Positions 1 to 9,014 are shown, counted from the first letter of the stretch. The stretch: DNA of 64,000 bases from an uncultured Bacteroidales bacterium (GCA_905233745.1 CAJODA010000006.1:5-64004), one strand, 5' to 3'. Numbers and translations are program-made. Notes: generated by a model from the sequence alone, not told the origin.

Positions 1-361
1 CTTTCAACTTATTGTACTCCTTGCTATCACTGCCATATTTGTCCAGCAGGGTGGTTTTCAGGTTTTCATAAGTATAACTGGTGCTCCGGTTGAAATTCAC
101 CACCACAATATAAACCAAGTGGGTTTTGGCAGCGGCCCGGATCTCAATCTTCACACGCTCACCGGCGAACGTGCCCTTCATAAACACCGTGTTGGGATGG
201 TTGTCGTTAGGTTCCTGCGTAAAGCCCTTGCCTTTCAACTTGTTGACAAACGTGTTCATGGTACAGTTCATGCTGATACCCAAAAACTTCATGGGTTGCT
301 GCTGGGCCGACAAGCCACCGACCATCAGAAATATGGTTATGATAAGTATGATTCTTTTCAT
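1..361 (-). CDS. Secreted hypothetical protein; only the N-terminal ~120 aa are inside the window
   Basis: Absent from the ORF track because there is no stop in the window. The reverse complement from the ATG at 361-359 reads MKRIILIITIFLMVGGLSAQQQPMKFLGISMNCTMNTFVNKLKGKGF... and stays open to position 1. The N-terminus is a clear signal peptide. Confidence 0.55.
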   Translation of the reverse strand, partial: MKRIILIITIFLMVGGLSAQQQPMKFLGISMNCTMNTFVNKLKGKGFTQEPNDNHPNTVFMKGTFAGERVKIEIRAAAKTHLVYIVVVNFNRSTSYTYENLKTTLLDKYGSDSKEYNKLK

Positions 362-506
362 CGAAGACATCTTGTTTGTTTGACGGGGCAAAAATACAAA
401 TTAGTTCGTAAAGTTTGAAAGGGTGAAAGGAATACAAGAGGTGATCCGTTTGGACAAGAAATGTCTGCCCGTTTTTTATTATTTTTGCGCGTTAAAAATA
501 ACGCTT

Positions 507-1199
507 ATGAAAAAATCCGACTTCCTCGTCATCGTCATTGTCATTTTGGTGCTGCTGCCATTTTTTATCAGCAAACCCGTATATGATACATTCTGCTCTC
601 TGACTGCAAATTATCCCTTGTGGATGGCCTTTTTGAAATTCGGCATACTGGCCACCTTCGGCGAGATGCTGGGCCAGCGCATCAAGACCGGCCAATATTA
701 TCACAAAGGATTCGGATTGTTCCCGAAGTTCATCGTCTGGGGATTGCTCGGCATGTGGATTGCCTTGGCGATGAGCGTTTTCAAAGTCGGCATTCCTGCC
801 TTCATGGAGAAAGCCAGCTGCTTTGCCGGTGTAACGGACGCCATGAAAAGCGATTTCACTTGGCTGAAATTGGCAGGAGCCTTTTTCGTGAGCGTGATGA
901 TGAACACCTCGTTCGCACCCGTGTTCATGACTGTACACAAGATTTGCGACATGCACATTGCCGAGCATGACGGTCGGGCTGTGAGCCTCATAAGACCTGT
1001 GCAAGTGCGCCAGCACATCCAGAACCTCAATTGGGATGTGCAGTGGAATTTCGTTTTCAAGAAGACCATCCCGTTGTTCTGGATTCCCGCGCACACGCTC
1101 ACGTTCTGCCTGCCGGGCGAGTTCCAGGTGCTCTTCGCCGCCTTTTGCAGCATCATCCTCGGCCTGTTCCTCTCAATTGCCGCGATGAAGAAGCAGTAG
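507..1199 (+). CDS. Polytopic integral membrane protein, family uncertain (C-terminal region faintly Mpv17/PMP22-like)
   Basis: ORF 423..1199, trimmed to the internal ATG at 507 (MKKSDFLVIVIVILVLLPFF...). It has several hydrophobic helices. All overlapping ORFs look like shadow frames. Confidence 0.7.
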   Translation: MKKSDFLVIVIVILVLLPFFISKPVYDTFCSLTANYPLWMAFLKFGILATFGEMLGQRIKTGQYYHKGFGLFPKFIVWGLLGMWIALAMSVFKVGIPAFMEKASCFAGVTDAMKSDFTWLKLAGAFFVSVMMNTSFAPVFMTVHKICDMHIAEHDGRAVSLIRPVQVRQHIQNLNWDVQWNFVFKKTIPLFWIPAHTLTFCLPGEFQVLFAAFCSIILGLFLSIAAMKKQ

Positions 1200-1357
1200 C
1201 CCTTGCCTTCTTCCAGACAGGCTGAATTCTGGATATGCGTAGGTTTTCCCCGCGCCGTCCAGGTATTGGACGTTATAGGGTGTAAAATGCTGTAGGATCG
1301 CAAAATTATGTAGAGACGCAAAATTTTGCGTCTCTATGGTTATTATAAGAAAAAATG

Positions 1358-1365
1358 TATTTTTG
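1358..1365 (+). promoter_or_regulatory. Bacteroidetes sigma-A -7 box (TATTTTTG) upstream of mntA
   Basis: Exact match to TAnnTTTG, 22 nt upstream of the ATG at 1387. Confidence 0.45.
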
Positions 1366-1386
1366 CACAAACGATACCAATCTGTT

Positions 1387-1686
1387 ATGAGTACAGAAAT
1401 GATGATAGAAACCATTCGCGAGTATTTCAAAACCCAGCCCGTTTTGAAGGCATGGCTGTTCGGTTCCTTCGCCCGCGGCGAAGAGACTGAGGACAGCGAT
1501 ATCGATATACTTGTAGTATATGATGAAAAAGCAAGAGTATCATTGTTAACTATTTCACGCATGATGGGAGAATTGGAGAGAAGTACTGGTCGCCGTGTCG
1601 ATTTGATTGAGGATGGGTGCTTATTGCCGTTTGCTGTACAATCCGCCAACCGCGATAAACAATTAATTTATGAGAGAAGAAGTTAG
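1387..1686 (+). CDS. mntA: MntA-type nucleotidyltransferase (antitoxin of a HepT/MntA type VII toxin-antitoxin pair)
   Basis: Carries the minimal nucleotidyltransferase signature GSFARGEETEDSDIDILV (GSxxRG...DxD). The ORF is trimmed to MSTEMM at 1387. It overlaps the downstream DUF86 gene by 17 nt. Confidence 0.85.
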   Translation: MSTEMMIETIREYFKTQPVLKAWLFGSFARGEETEDSDIDILVVYDEKARVSLLTISRMMGELERSTGRRVDLIEDGCLLPFAVQSANRDKQLIYERRS

Positions 1687-2017
1687 AGATAAGGAACGGC
1701 TTCGGCACATCCTTGAAGCCATGAACGTGCTAGTTAATTATCAGTCTCACCACACAATGGAGGAAGCATTAGCCGATCCTGTAATGTATTTTGGTTTGGT
1801 GAAACATGTTGAAATAATTGGAGAAGCTGTTTATAAACTGACTTTTGAATACCGTACCAATCACACGAAAGTGAATTGGGACGATATAGAGCGTATGCGT
1901 CATGTGCTGGTACACGGATACTATAAAATACGACCTGAACAATTGTGGGAAACCATTGCTGTTGATATACCACAATTGAAACCCATTATTGAGCAATATC
2001 TCTCAGAAATGGAATAG
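1670..2017 (+). CDS. hepT: HepT (DUF86/HEPN) toxin
   Basis: A 115-aa protein with the HEPN Rx4HxY motif in RMRHVLVHGYY. It overlaps and is co-oriented with the nucleotidyltransferase gene. Confidence 0.85.
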   Translation: MREEVRDKERLRHILEAMNVLVNYQSHHTMEEALADPVMYFGLVKHVEIIGEAVYKLTFEYRTNHTKVNWDDIERMRHVLVHGYYKIRPEQLWETIAVDIPQLKPIIEQYLSEME

Positions 2018-2140
2018 AACTAATAATCAACCGCCATCTGTTTCTTGGTCAGTCTGGGTAATTGTCGACATTTTTTTGATAAAATCGGCTGTTGCGGGTG
2101 AAAGTCTGTGGCAGCCGTTGATATATTTGTTATATTTGCA

Positions 2141-2177
2141 CCGTTGTTCGGCCGAAAGGCGGGCAACGGATTTTTTA
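2141..2177 (+). terminator. Intrinsic terminator-like hairpin plus T-run downstream of hepT
   Basis: CCGTTGTTCGGCC-GAAA-GGCGGGCAACGG followed by ATTTTTTATT. Confidence 0.5.
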
Positions 2178-2410
2178 TTGAAAAGAAAGCGAGTTTTCGC
2201 TTATCCGTCTCGGTAAACCTGGACAGTTTAAATGTTAGTACGGATATCGGAAATCAAGCTTGCCTATGATGTGTTTATTTGCCGCATAGATGGGGCTTGT
2301 TCTTCAGTATCTTACTAACTGGGAGTCCAGCCCTACCGGGAGGATGCTGTCGGATAACGGCTCCACTTTCTTTTTGTCTTGTTTTGAAAATTATAAACCA
2401 AAATTTCATC

Positions 2411-5400
2411 ATGATGAAAAAGATTTTACTGTTTACTTTGGCTTTGGCAAGCATTGTGTCTGCATTCGCCCAAACAACCATCACGCTGACATTCAACGGG
2501 CAGGACCAAAACAACACCCGTGTACAACTCGACAATGTCGTCATCCAGAATGTGACCCGAGGATGGACTGAGGCCATCTTCTTTCCCGACACCATTTACA
2601 CGCTCACCGTCGGAACGGGTGTGGCGGACTATCTCCTTCACAGCGGGATGCAAGTGATGCCCAACCCTTTTGATGGGAGAACGCAGGTCAACATCCATGC
2701 CGTCAAGAGAGAATCCGTGACGATGACATTGATGGATATCAACGGCAAGCGATGCGCCGAATACAAGGGCTTATTGTCTGAGGGCAACAACTATTTCGAA
2801 ATAGAGCTCGTCACCCCGCAAACCTACATTCTATCAGTGCAAACCACTGAGGGCACACGCAGTCTGAAAATGGTGAATACCGGCGGTGCCGGGCGTAACC
2901 AAATCAAGGAATCTGGGGTGAGTGGCAACGCCGTGCAGCTGAAGAGCACCAAAGCGCACACCTTCGAACTGGGAGACGAGATGCGCTACACCGGCTACAG
3001 CCAACAGAGCAATGGACTGATACCCAGTACGCCGATTACGCAGAATCAATATGAGAGCGAGACAATCACCTTGCATTTCACACTTGAAAATGATGCCGAG
3101 CTTCCCATTGTGGCTACAGTTGCAGCCAGCAATATCGGCATAAACACTGCCACCACGGGCGGCAACGTCTTCTCGGACGGTGGAGCGCCCGTCACCGCCA
3201 GGGGTGTGTGCTATAGTGTGACACCCAACCCCACCCTGTCGGAGAGCCACACCACGGACGGCACAGGCACCGGCGTGTTTACGAGCAATCTCACCAACTT
3301 GGTGGAGAACACCACTTATTATGTGAGGGCGTATGCTACTAATAGTGCGGGTACGACATACGGCAACGAGATAAGCTTCACCACGGAGGCGGGGTCCTCT
3401 TCGGGGAATGCCTGTCCCGGCACCCCAACCGTCACCGACTACGATGGCAACATCTACAATACCGTGCAAATCGGCACCCAATGTTGGATGAAGGAGAATC
3501 TGAGGACCACGCACTATGCCAATGGCGACCCCATTGCCGAAGGCATCACATACAGCTCCGAGATTCCTTATAGATACGCACCCGACGGCAATGCGGCTAA
3601 CGTGACCGCATACGGTTACCTTTACAATTGGCCTGCGGTGATGCATGGCGACAGCAGCAGCAATGCCAACCCCAGCGGAATACAGGGTGCCTGTCCTGCG
3701 GGCTGGCATGTGCCCAGTGCTACCGAATGGGACCAACTGGCCACTTACGTAAACAGCCATAGCGAGTTCTTATGCGGCGGCTACAACAACTACATTGCCA
3801 AAGCCCTGGCATCCAATATAGGATGGAACTATCATAACGTGAGCGATGCCTGCGCAGTATGCAACAACCTCACGCAGAACAACGCCACTGGATTTTCCGC
3901 CATGCCGGCAGGACAAAGCTATGGAATCAACCACTATGGATTTGGCGACATGGCTGTCTTCTCAAGTTCCACGTTGGAAGATGATGATGAAGTTGAAATG
4001 CGAGGATTCTGTTATGATGACCCTAATTTGACTCAATGGCTCTGCGATGCTGACGGCAATCTGGAGGAAGGTTATTCGGTACGTTGCGTACGAGGCGAAG
4101 TGAATTCTGGAGATCAACTTCCCAAAGTAATTACTTTAGGTGTGACGAACATCGGCACCAGCTCCGCTACCTGCTTGGGCAATGTCATCAACAGCGGGAC
4201 AGCAACCGTTTCTGCCAGAGGTTTTTGCTTTAGCACGGCCCCTCACCCCACTATTGCAGACTATCATACCACTGACGGTAATGGTCCTGGTGCGTTCATC
4301 AGTAGTCCGACAGGGTTGGCAGAAGGCACGATGTACTATTTTCGCGCATACGCCACCAGTAGTTTTGGTACAACATACGGCAGTGAAGGGGCATTCATCA
4401 CAACTAATCCCAACGACGGACAATCATGCACGGGCATGCCGACGCTCACCGACTATGACGGCAACATTTACAACACCGTACAAATCGGCACACAGTGCTG
4501 GATGAAGGAGAATCTGCGTACTACACACTATGCCAACGGGGACGTTTGTAACACGCCTTCTGGTTCTTCATACGACGACCAAGCCCCTTGGCGTTTTATT
4601 CCTAACAACAACTCTAACAACGTGGCTGCGTACGGATATCTCTACAATCTGCCCGCCGTATTGCATGGCTCTGTCGGTAGCACTGCCATCCCCAGTGGGG
4701 TGCGTGGCATTTGTCCCGTGGGCTGGCACATGCCAAGCCTTGCAGAATTCCAGTTGCTTTCTGCCTACCTAGGCAGTCGTAGCATGTACCTGTGCAACAA
4801 TTCCAATCTGAACACGGCCAAATCCTTGGCTGACTCTATAGGATGGGAAAATTATGACTTTTACAGCGGATGCTCTGTAGGATACAATCCATCACAGAAC
4901 AACACATCTGGATTTTCCGCTCGTCCCGCTGGTGACCGTTCAGGTTACTTTGGGGAAAAGGCTTGTTTTTGGACTGTCTCGACGTTTCAGAATAATAATT
5001 ATTATGAAACCTTAAGCGCAAATTATTTAGGACTTTACTATTCCTCTTCGAGTATTACAACATCATCTTCAAACAATAACGCTTTCTCTATACGCTGTGT
5101 ACGTGACGAATTCAACAGTGCAGCAACGTTACCCAATGTTACAACAGATTCGGTGGTTGTCATTTCAGAAGAGGTAGCTTCGTTAGCCGGCAAAGTGATC
5201 TCTGCTAACGGTGCTACAGTAACAGAGTATGGTATGTGCTGGAACACCTCTTCCAATCCTACTCTCGCAGGTAGTCATCGCGCTTTTGGGGATGGACTTG
5301 GTTCCTTTTCTGCCGTGGTTGGGGAATTCATCCCTGGTACCACCTATTATTTGCGTGCATACGCCACCAACAGTGCAGGAACTGGTTATGGCAACGAGTT

Positions 5401-8400
5401 GACTTTCACGATGCCATCGGCTGATAATCATGGCCAGCCATGTGTAGGCATGCCTACCGTAACCGATCACGAAGGCAATGTTTATAACACAGTGCAAATC
5501 GGCAACCAATGCTGGATGAAAGAGAACATGCGTTGCACCACCTCTCCAAAGGGGATACTCGGCAATGGTAACACACTTTACTATAATGACACTACATCTA
5601 TCATTCCGTTGGAAAAACGCGGACTGCTATATTCCTGGGAAGGTGCAATGGACACCACATTGTCTAATGTAAATTCACAAATATCTGTCTCAAACATCAG
5701 GGGAATTTGTCCAGAAGGATGGCATATCCCGAGCATGGCTGAATGGACAACATTACAAAACTTCGTAAACAGTCAAAGCGAATATCAGTGCGACAACATC
5801 AATAACTATATTGCCAAAGCTATAGCCTATCCTTACTACTGGAAGAATTACGACAATAACTGCGCCGTGGGTAATTCTCCGGCAAACAACAATGCCACGG
5901 GTTTTTCCACAATTCCCGCAGGGATACATGACGGTTCTGCTATCAACAGTTCGGCGAATTACGCATATTTTTGGTCAAGAACAACAACTGTTCATGCCAC
6001 CGCTAATCCCAGTCTTCATATCAGTTTCTTCTACGCTCGATATTTCTCATTAACCTATTCCAATACTACAGTGAACGTCGATGGCGAAATCAGCATGTTT
6101 CGCGGTTGTTCTGTTCGATGTCTTCGTGACATTGAAGTGACAACTAACGAAGCTACCAATGTAACAGTAACCTCTGCCACACTCAGCAGCAGCGTTTCCA
6201 AGCCCAGTAATACAACAATTACCACTCGTGGCTTCCAATGGAAAAAAACTACTGATTCTGTTTATACATCAGTGTCAAACCTCATGTCAGTAACAACTTC
6301 CCCGACAAGTATAACAATGTCACGTACCCTATCAGGGCTTGAAGCAAATACTTCCTATACATATAGGGGATACGTCACATGCAATGGTATTACCTATTAT
6401 GGTAACGAAGTATCTTTCACGACATTATCAGCTACTGTTCCCTCCGCGAACACCACAGACGCCACAAACGTAACGGCAACAACTGTCACACTCCATGGAA
6501 GTGTTTCCAATCCCGACAATGTAACGATATCATCTCGGGGCTTTGAATGGAAAATCTCTACTGCAAATGTCTACACAGTGACAAACATAACCGCAACAGG
6601 TGCTACGATGTCTCACATTCTTACTGGTCTGACGGCTAACACGCAATACATTTATCGTGCGTTTGTAACCACCACGGACAGTACAATCTATGGTAATGAG
6701 ATTTCTTTCACGACATTGGAGACATCTTTAGAGCCCTCCGCCACTACCTTTTCCGCAACTAACCTTACCTCCACTTCCGCCACCCTAAACGGCACCGTCT
6801 CCAATCCTGACAACGTGACTGTTACCGCGCAAGGTTTTGAGTGGAAGCCTAGTGATGCTTCCTCATACACACAGGTAATCGCTACTGGATCTACGATGAT
6901 ATACAATCTCACCAACCTCACAGAAAGCACTCAATATACCTATCGCGCATATGCAACAACTACCAATGGAACGAGCTACGGTGATGAAATATCTTTCACT
7001 ACTCTATCATCCTTAACCATCTTAATTGAGGATTTCTCCCGTATTACCGACAGTACTCCTTACACCATTTCCAACAATTTGAACAACTATACCCAGGTGC
7101 CTGGATGGACAGGCGACTGGGTATATCCGAGCAACGGCAAGGTAAAAATCGGAAAATCGGCACAAGCGGGCTATATTCAGACCCCACCAATTAATCTGTC
7201 AGGCAACAACGGCCAATTTTTGGTAACATTTGACGCGAAAGCTTGGCCTGGTGACGCTACCAGTCTCATCGTTGCTGTAAACGGTGTTCCTTATACGGTA
7301 AATGGTCTCAGCACCACAGCTTTCAACACGTTTTCCGTGCCATTCAGCGGTGGTACTTCTTCCACCGTCGTCAAGTTCCAAGGTTCACAAGAAACCCGTG
7401 GACGTTTCTACTTGGACAATATAATCATTACTGAATACGAACCAGGCCCTGATACCATCGCCCCATTTGTGACAAACCTTACCCCAATCACAAGCGATAC
7501 CCTTAGTGTTACATTCAACGAGAATCTTGACCCTTCATCTGCACAAACCACTTCAAACTACGTGATTGACAACAATATCACTATAACTTCCGCCACGCTG
7601 AACAACAATGTGGTCACATTGGCAGTATCGCCGGCATTGTCTGACAACACATACACATTGATTATCAATAATGTTTCTGACGTGAATGGCAACGTGAATT
7701 TGTTTCCCGACACAATTTGGTTCTCCTACGGCGTCAGTCCAGAATTTCACGTGGCCAACATCTCTGCCCTGCGTACAAAATTAGATTACACCGACGTTTA
7801 CAACTCCACTATATCCAATTTTGAATACAAGTTAACTGGCGAAGTAGTGGTTACCGCCGTTGCAGCATATAACAACCAGAAGATACTTCAGGATGCTACT
7901 GGCGCAATCCTGGTGTACGATCCGGATAACAGCTTAGGCTCCCTTGAAGTCGGCGATAAGGTGAAAGACCTATACGGCACACTGATCAACTACTACGGAT
8001 TCCTTGAATTCAAACCTACAAGAGCTTATGGTTCTCTTATCAGCATAAACCAAGATGTCACACCCTTAACCATCACTCTATCGCAACTCAACAACCCAAG
8101 CTTCATGATCCAGCACCAAGCTGAATTAATCAAGCTGAACAACGTGACATTCACTTCCACGGGAACCTTTGCTACACTCAACACTTACGGGATCACCCAG
8201 AACGGTATCACCACCAATGCTGTTTACCCATATTTCCAAGATGCCAACTTTATCGGTGCCAACATACCCACTGGTCCCGTCAATATCACTGGCTTCAGCT
8301 TTGGCACCAGCAAGATTGCTAACAACTTTTTTGACTTCCGCTACTTTATCGTGCCTCGTAATACGAGCGATTTCAGTTCCAGTGGATCAGTCTCGCAATC

Positions 8401-8647
8401 TCTATCCGAAAATGAAATTATTGTATATCCAAATCAAGACGGCGATATCCTCACGGTTATCCTTCCCGCCAACGAATTCCAGGCAACAGACATGTTCGTA
8501 TTTGACAACAACGGCAACCTCATTCTTACGCAACAAATCACTGACAACCATATTTCATTGGATGTGCAAAATCTTCCTGCCGGCAACTATTTCCTGCGTT
8601 TGAGCGACAGCAGTCACAGCGCAACTACGAAGTTCGAGAAGAGATAG
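2411..8647 (+). CDS. Giant (2079 aa) modular T9SS-secreted surface protein with three Fibrobacter-succinogenes-major-paralogous (FISH) lectin-like domains
   Basis: ORF 2279..8647, trimmed to MMKKILLFTLALASIVSAFAQ (signal peptide) at 2411. The FISH signature occurs three times (C..PTVTDYDGN.YNTVQIG.QCWMKENL...YGYLYNW...GICP.GWH.PS..EW..L...GFSA.PAG...FW....RCVRD). It also carries Ig-like repeats. The C-terminal ~78 aa (VYPNQDGDILTV...LPAGNYFLRLSD...TKFEKR) match the T9SS type A sorting domain (Por_Secre_tail). Confidence 0.9.
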   Translation: MMKKILLFTLALASIVSAFAQTTITLTFNGQDQNNTRVQLDNVVIQNVTRGWTEAIFFPDTIYTLTVGTGVADYLLHSGMQVMPNPFDGRTQVNIHAVKRESVTMTLMDINGKRCAEYKGLLSEGNNYFEIELVTPQTYILSVQTTEGTRSLKMVNTGGAGRNQIKESGVSGNAVQLKSTKAHTFELGDEMRYTGYSQQSNGLIPSTPITQNQYESETITLHFTLENDAELPIVATVAASNIGINTATTGGNVFSDGGAPVTARGVCYSVTPNPTLSESHTTDGTGTGVFTSNLTNLVENTTYYVRAYATNSAGTTYGNEISFTTEAGSSSGNACPGTPTVTDYDGNIYNTVQIGTQCWMKENLRTTHYANGDPIAEGITYSSEIPYRYAPDGNAANVTAYGYLYNWPAVMHGDSSSNANPSGIQGACPAGWHVPSATEWDQLATYVNSHSEFLCGGYNNYIAKALASNIGWNYHNVSDACAVCNNLTQNNATGFSAMPAGQSYGINHYGFGDMAVFSSSTLEDDDEVEMRGFCYDDPNLTQWLCDADGNLEEGYSVRCVRGEVNSGDQLPKVITLGVTNIGTSSATCLGNVINSGTATVSARGFCFSTAPHPTIADYHTTDGNGPGAFISSPTGLAEGTMYYFRAYATSSFGTTYGSEGAFITTNPNDGQSCTGMPTLTDYDGNIYNTVQIGTQCWMKENLRTTHYANGDVCNTPSGSSYDDQAPWRFIPNNNSNNVAAYGYLYNLPAVLHGSVGSTAIPSGVRGICPVGWHMPSLAEFQLLSAYLGSRSMYLCNNSNLNTAKSLADSIGWENYDFYSGCSVGYNPSQNNTSGFSARPAGDRSGYFGEKACFWTVSTFQNNNYYETLSANYLGLYYSSSSITTSSSNNNAFSIRCVRDEFNSAATLPNVTTDSVVVISEEVASLAGKVISANGATVTEYGMCWNTSSNPTLAGSHRAFGDGLGSFSAVVGEFIPGTTYYLRAYATNSAGTGYGNELTFTMPSADNHGQPCVGMPTVTDHEGNVYNTVQIGNQCWMKENMRCTTSPKGILGNGNTLYYNDTTSIIPLEKRGLLYSWEGAMDTTLSNVNSQISVSNIRGICPEGWHIPSMAEWTTLQNFVNSQSEYQCDNINNYIAKAIAYPYYWKNYDNNCAVGNSPANNNATGFSTIPAGIHDGSAINSSANYAYFWSRTTTVHATANPSLHISFFYARYFSLTYSNTTVNVDGEISMFRGCSVRCLRDIEVTTNEATNVTVTSATLSSSVSKPSNTTITTRGFQWKKTTDSVYTSVSNLMSVTTSPTSITMSRTLSGLEANTSYTYRGYVTCNGITYYGNEVSFTTLSATVPSANTTDATNVTATTVTLHGSVSNPDNVTISSRGFEWKISTANVYTVTNITATGATMSHILTGLTANTQYIYRAFVTTTDSTIYGNEISFTTLETSLEPSATTFSATNLTSTSATLNGTVSNPDNVTVTAQGFEWKPSDASSYTQVIATGSTMIYNLTNLTESTQYTYRAYATTTNGTSYGDEISFTTLSSLTILIEDFSRITDSTPYTISNNLNNYTQVPGWTGDWVYPSNGKVKIGKSAQAGYIQTPPINLSGNNGQFLVTFDAKAWPGDATSLIVAVNGVPYTVNGLSTTAFNTFSVPFSGGTSSTVVKFQGSQETRGRFYLDNIIITEYEPGPDTIAPFVTNLTPITSDTLSVTFNENLDPSSAQTTSNYVIDNNITITSATLNNNVVTLAVSPALSDNTYTLIINNVSDVNGNVNLFPDTIWFSYGVSPEFHVANISALRTKLDYTDVYNSTISNFEYKLTGEVVVTAVAAYNNQKILQDATGAILVYDPDNSLGSLEVGDKVKDLYGTLINYYGFLEFKPTRAYGSLISINQDVTPLTITLSQLNNPSFMIQHQAELIKLNNVTFTSTGTFATLNTYGITQNGITTNAVYPYFQDANFIGANIPTGPVNITGFSFGTSKIANNFFDFRYFIVPRNTSDFSSSGSVSQSLSENEIIVYPNQDGDILTVILPANEFQATDMFVFDNNGNLILTQQITDNHISLDVQNLPAGNYFLRLSDSSHSATTKFEKR
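3104..6130 (+). repeat. Three tandem ~330-aa intragenic modules, each one Ig-like domain plus one FISH domain (3104-4096, 4118-5107, 5129-6130)
   Basis: Repeated peptide blocks such as TARGVCYS/SARGFCFS/TEYGMCWN ... TTYYVRAYATNSAGTTYGNEISFTT, then CPGTPTVTDYDGNIYNTVQIGTQCWMKENLRTTHYANGD. The DNA at 3440-3536 versus 4447-4543 is ~85-87% identical by eye. Confidence 0.85.
6134..7006 (+). repeat. Three tandem ~95-aa Ig/Fn3-like intragenic repeats
   Basis: The block pattern ATNVT.T.ATL.G.VSNPDNVT...RGFEWK....Y........M...L.GL.ANT.Y.YRA...T....YGNEISFTTL occurs three times. Confidence 0.85.
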
Positions 8648-8693
8648 ACGTATGATTTAAGATTAACGTAAACTCAAAATCAGTGAACAGTCG

Positions 8694-8733
8694 AGGGCGT
8701 GGCCGTGGGGCTGCGCCCTTTGGTTTTGTTTGT
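8694..8733 (+). terminator. Intrinsic terminator of the giant surface-protein gene
   Basis: An 11-bp stem (AGGGCGTGGCC / GGCTGCGCCCT, including 2 G-U pairs) with a 4-nt loop, followed by TTGGTTTTGTTTG. It lies 47 nt after the stop codon. Confidence 0.6.
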
Positions 8734-8786
8734 GGGGTAACGCTGGAGGTTACGCTGGAGGTTAGAGACGCGGTTTGTGTTGGGGG

Positions 8787-8809
8787 TTCCGCCAGCAGAG
8801 CTGGCGGAA
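8787..8809. repeat. Perfect 10-bp-stem hairpin TTCCGCCAGC-AGA-GCTGGCGGAA, one member of a local hairpin family
   Basis: It shares the flanks GGGGG...TGGTGGGG with the hairpins at 9641-9663, 10086-10109 and 10200-10222. It is preceded by a tandem ACGCTGGAGGTT duplication (8749-8772). Confidence 0.8.
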
Positions 8810-8901
8810 TGGTGGGGTTGGGATATTATTTTATCGTAAGTGGCTATAACGGAGAAAATTGATTTTTTTCATGATGACATCCGCCGTCTAAAAAATATTT
8901 G

Positions 8902-8909
8902 TACTTTTG
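8902..8909 (+). promoter_or_regulatory. -7 box TACTTTTG with no protein-coding gene downstream on this strand
   Basis: Exact TAnnTTTG match. The only plus-strand feature downstream is a hairpin plus T-run at 8984-9014. Confidence 0.35.
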
Positions 8910-8916
8910 CGGTGTC

Positions 8917-9014
8917 GTTTTACCATACAGAGCAGGTAACGAAGACTGTCAGCGTCGATGTTTTTGACAGTGACGAACAATATAAGACCGAGGTTTCACT
9001 TCGGTCTTTTTATT
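8917..9014 (+). ncRNA. Candidate ~95-nt small RNA, convergent with the 3' end of CDS 8996..9442
   Basis: Bounded by the -7 box at 8902-8909 and by a perfect 8-bp hairpin (AAGACCGA 8984-8991 / TCGGTCTT 9001-9008) followed by TTTATT. The T-run is on the plus strand only. There is no convincing ORF. This is a prediction only. Confidence 0.3.

Noticed and set aside
2279-2410. 44-aa N-terminal extension of the giant ORF (MPHRWGLFFS…)
   Set aside because: A textbook signal peptide starts at the ATG at 2411. The extension has no features and would bury that signal peptide.
3413-6130. Diversity-generating retroelement targeting the lectin-like FISH domains
   Set aside because: No reverse transcriptase gene is in the window and no template repeat is present. 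The three FISH C-termini differ by general divergence, not by adenine-specific substitutions against a nearby repeat.
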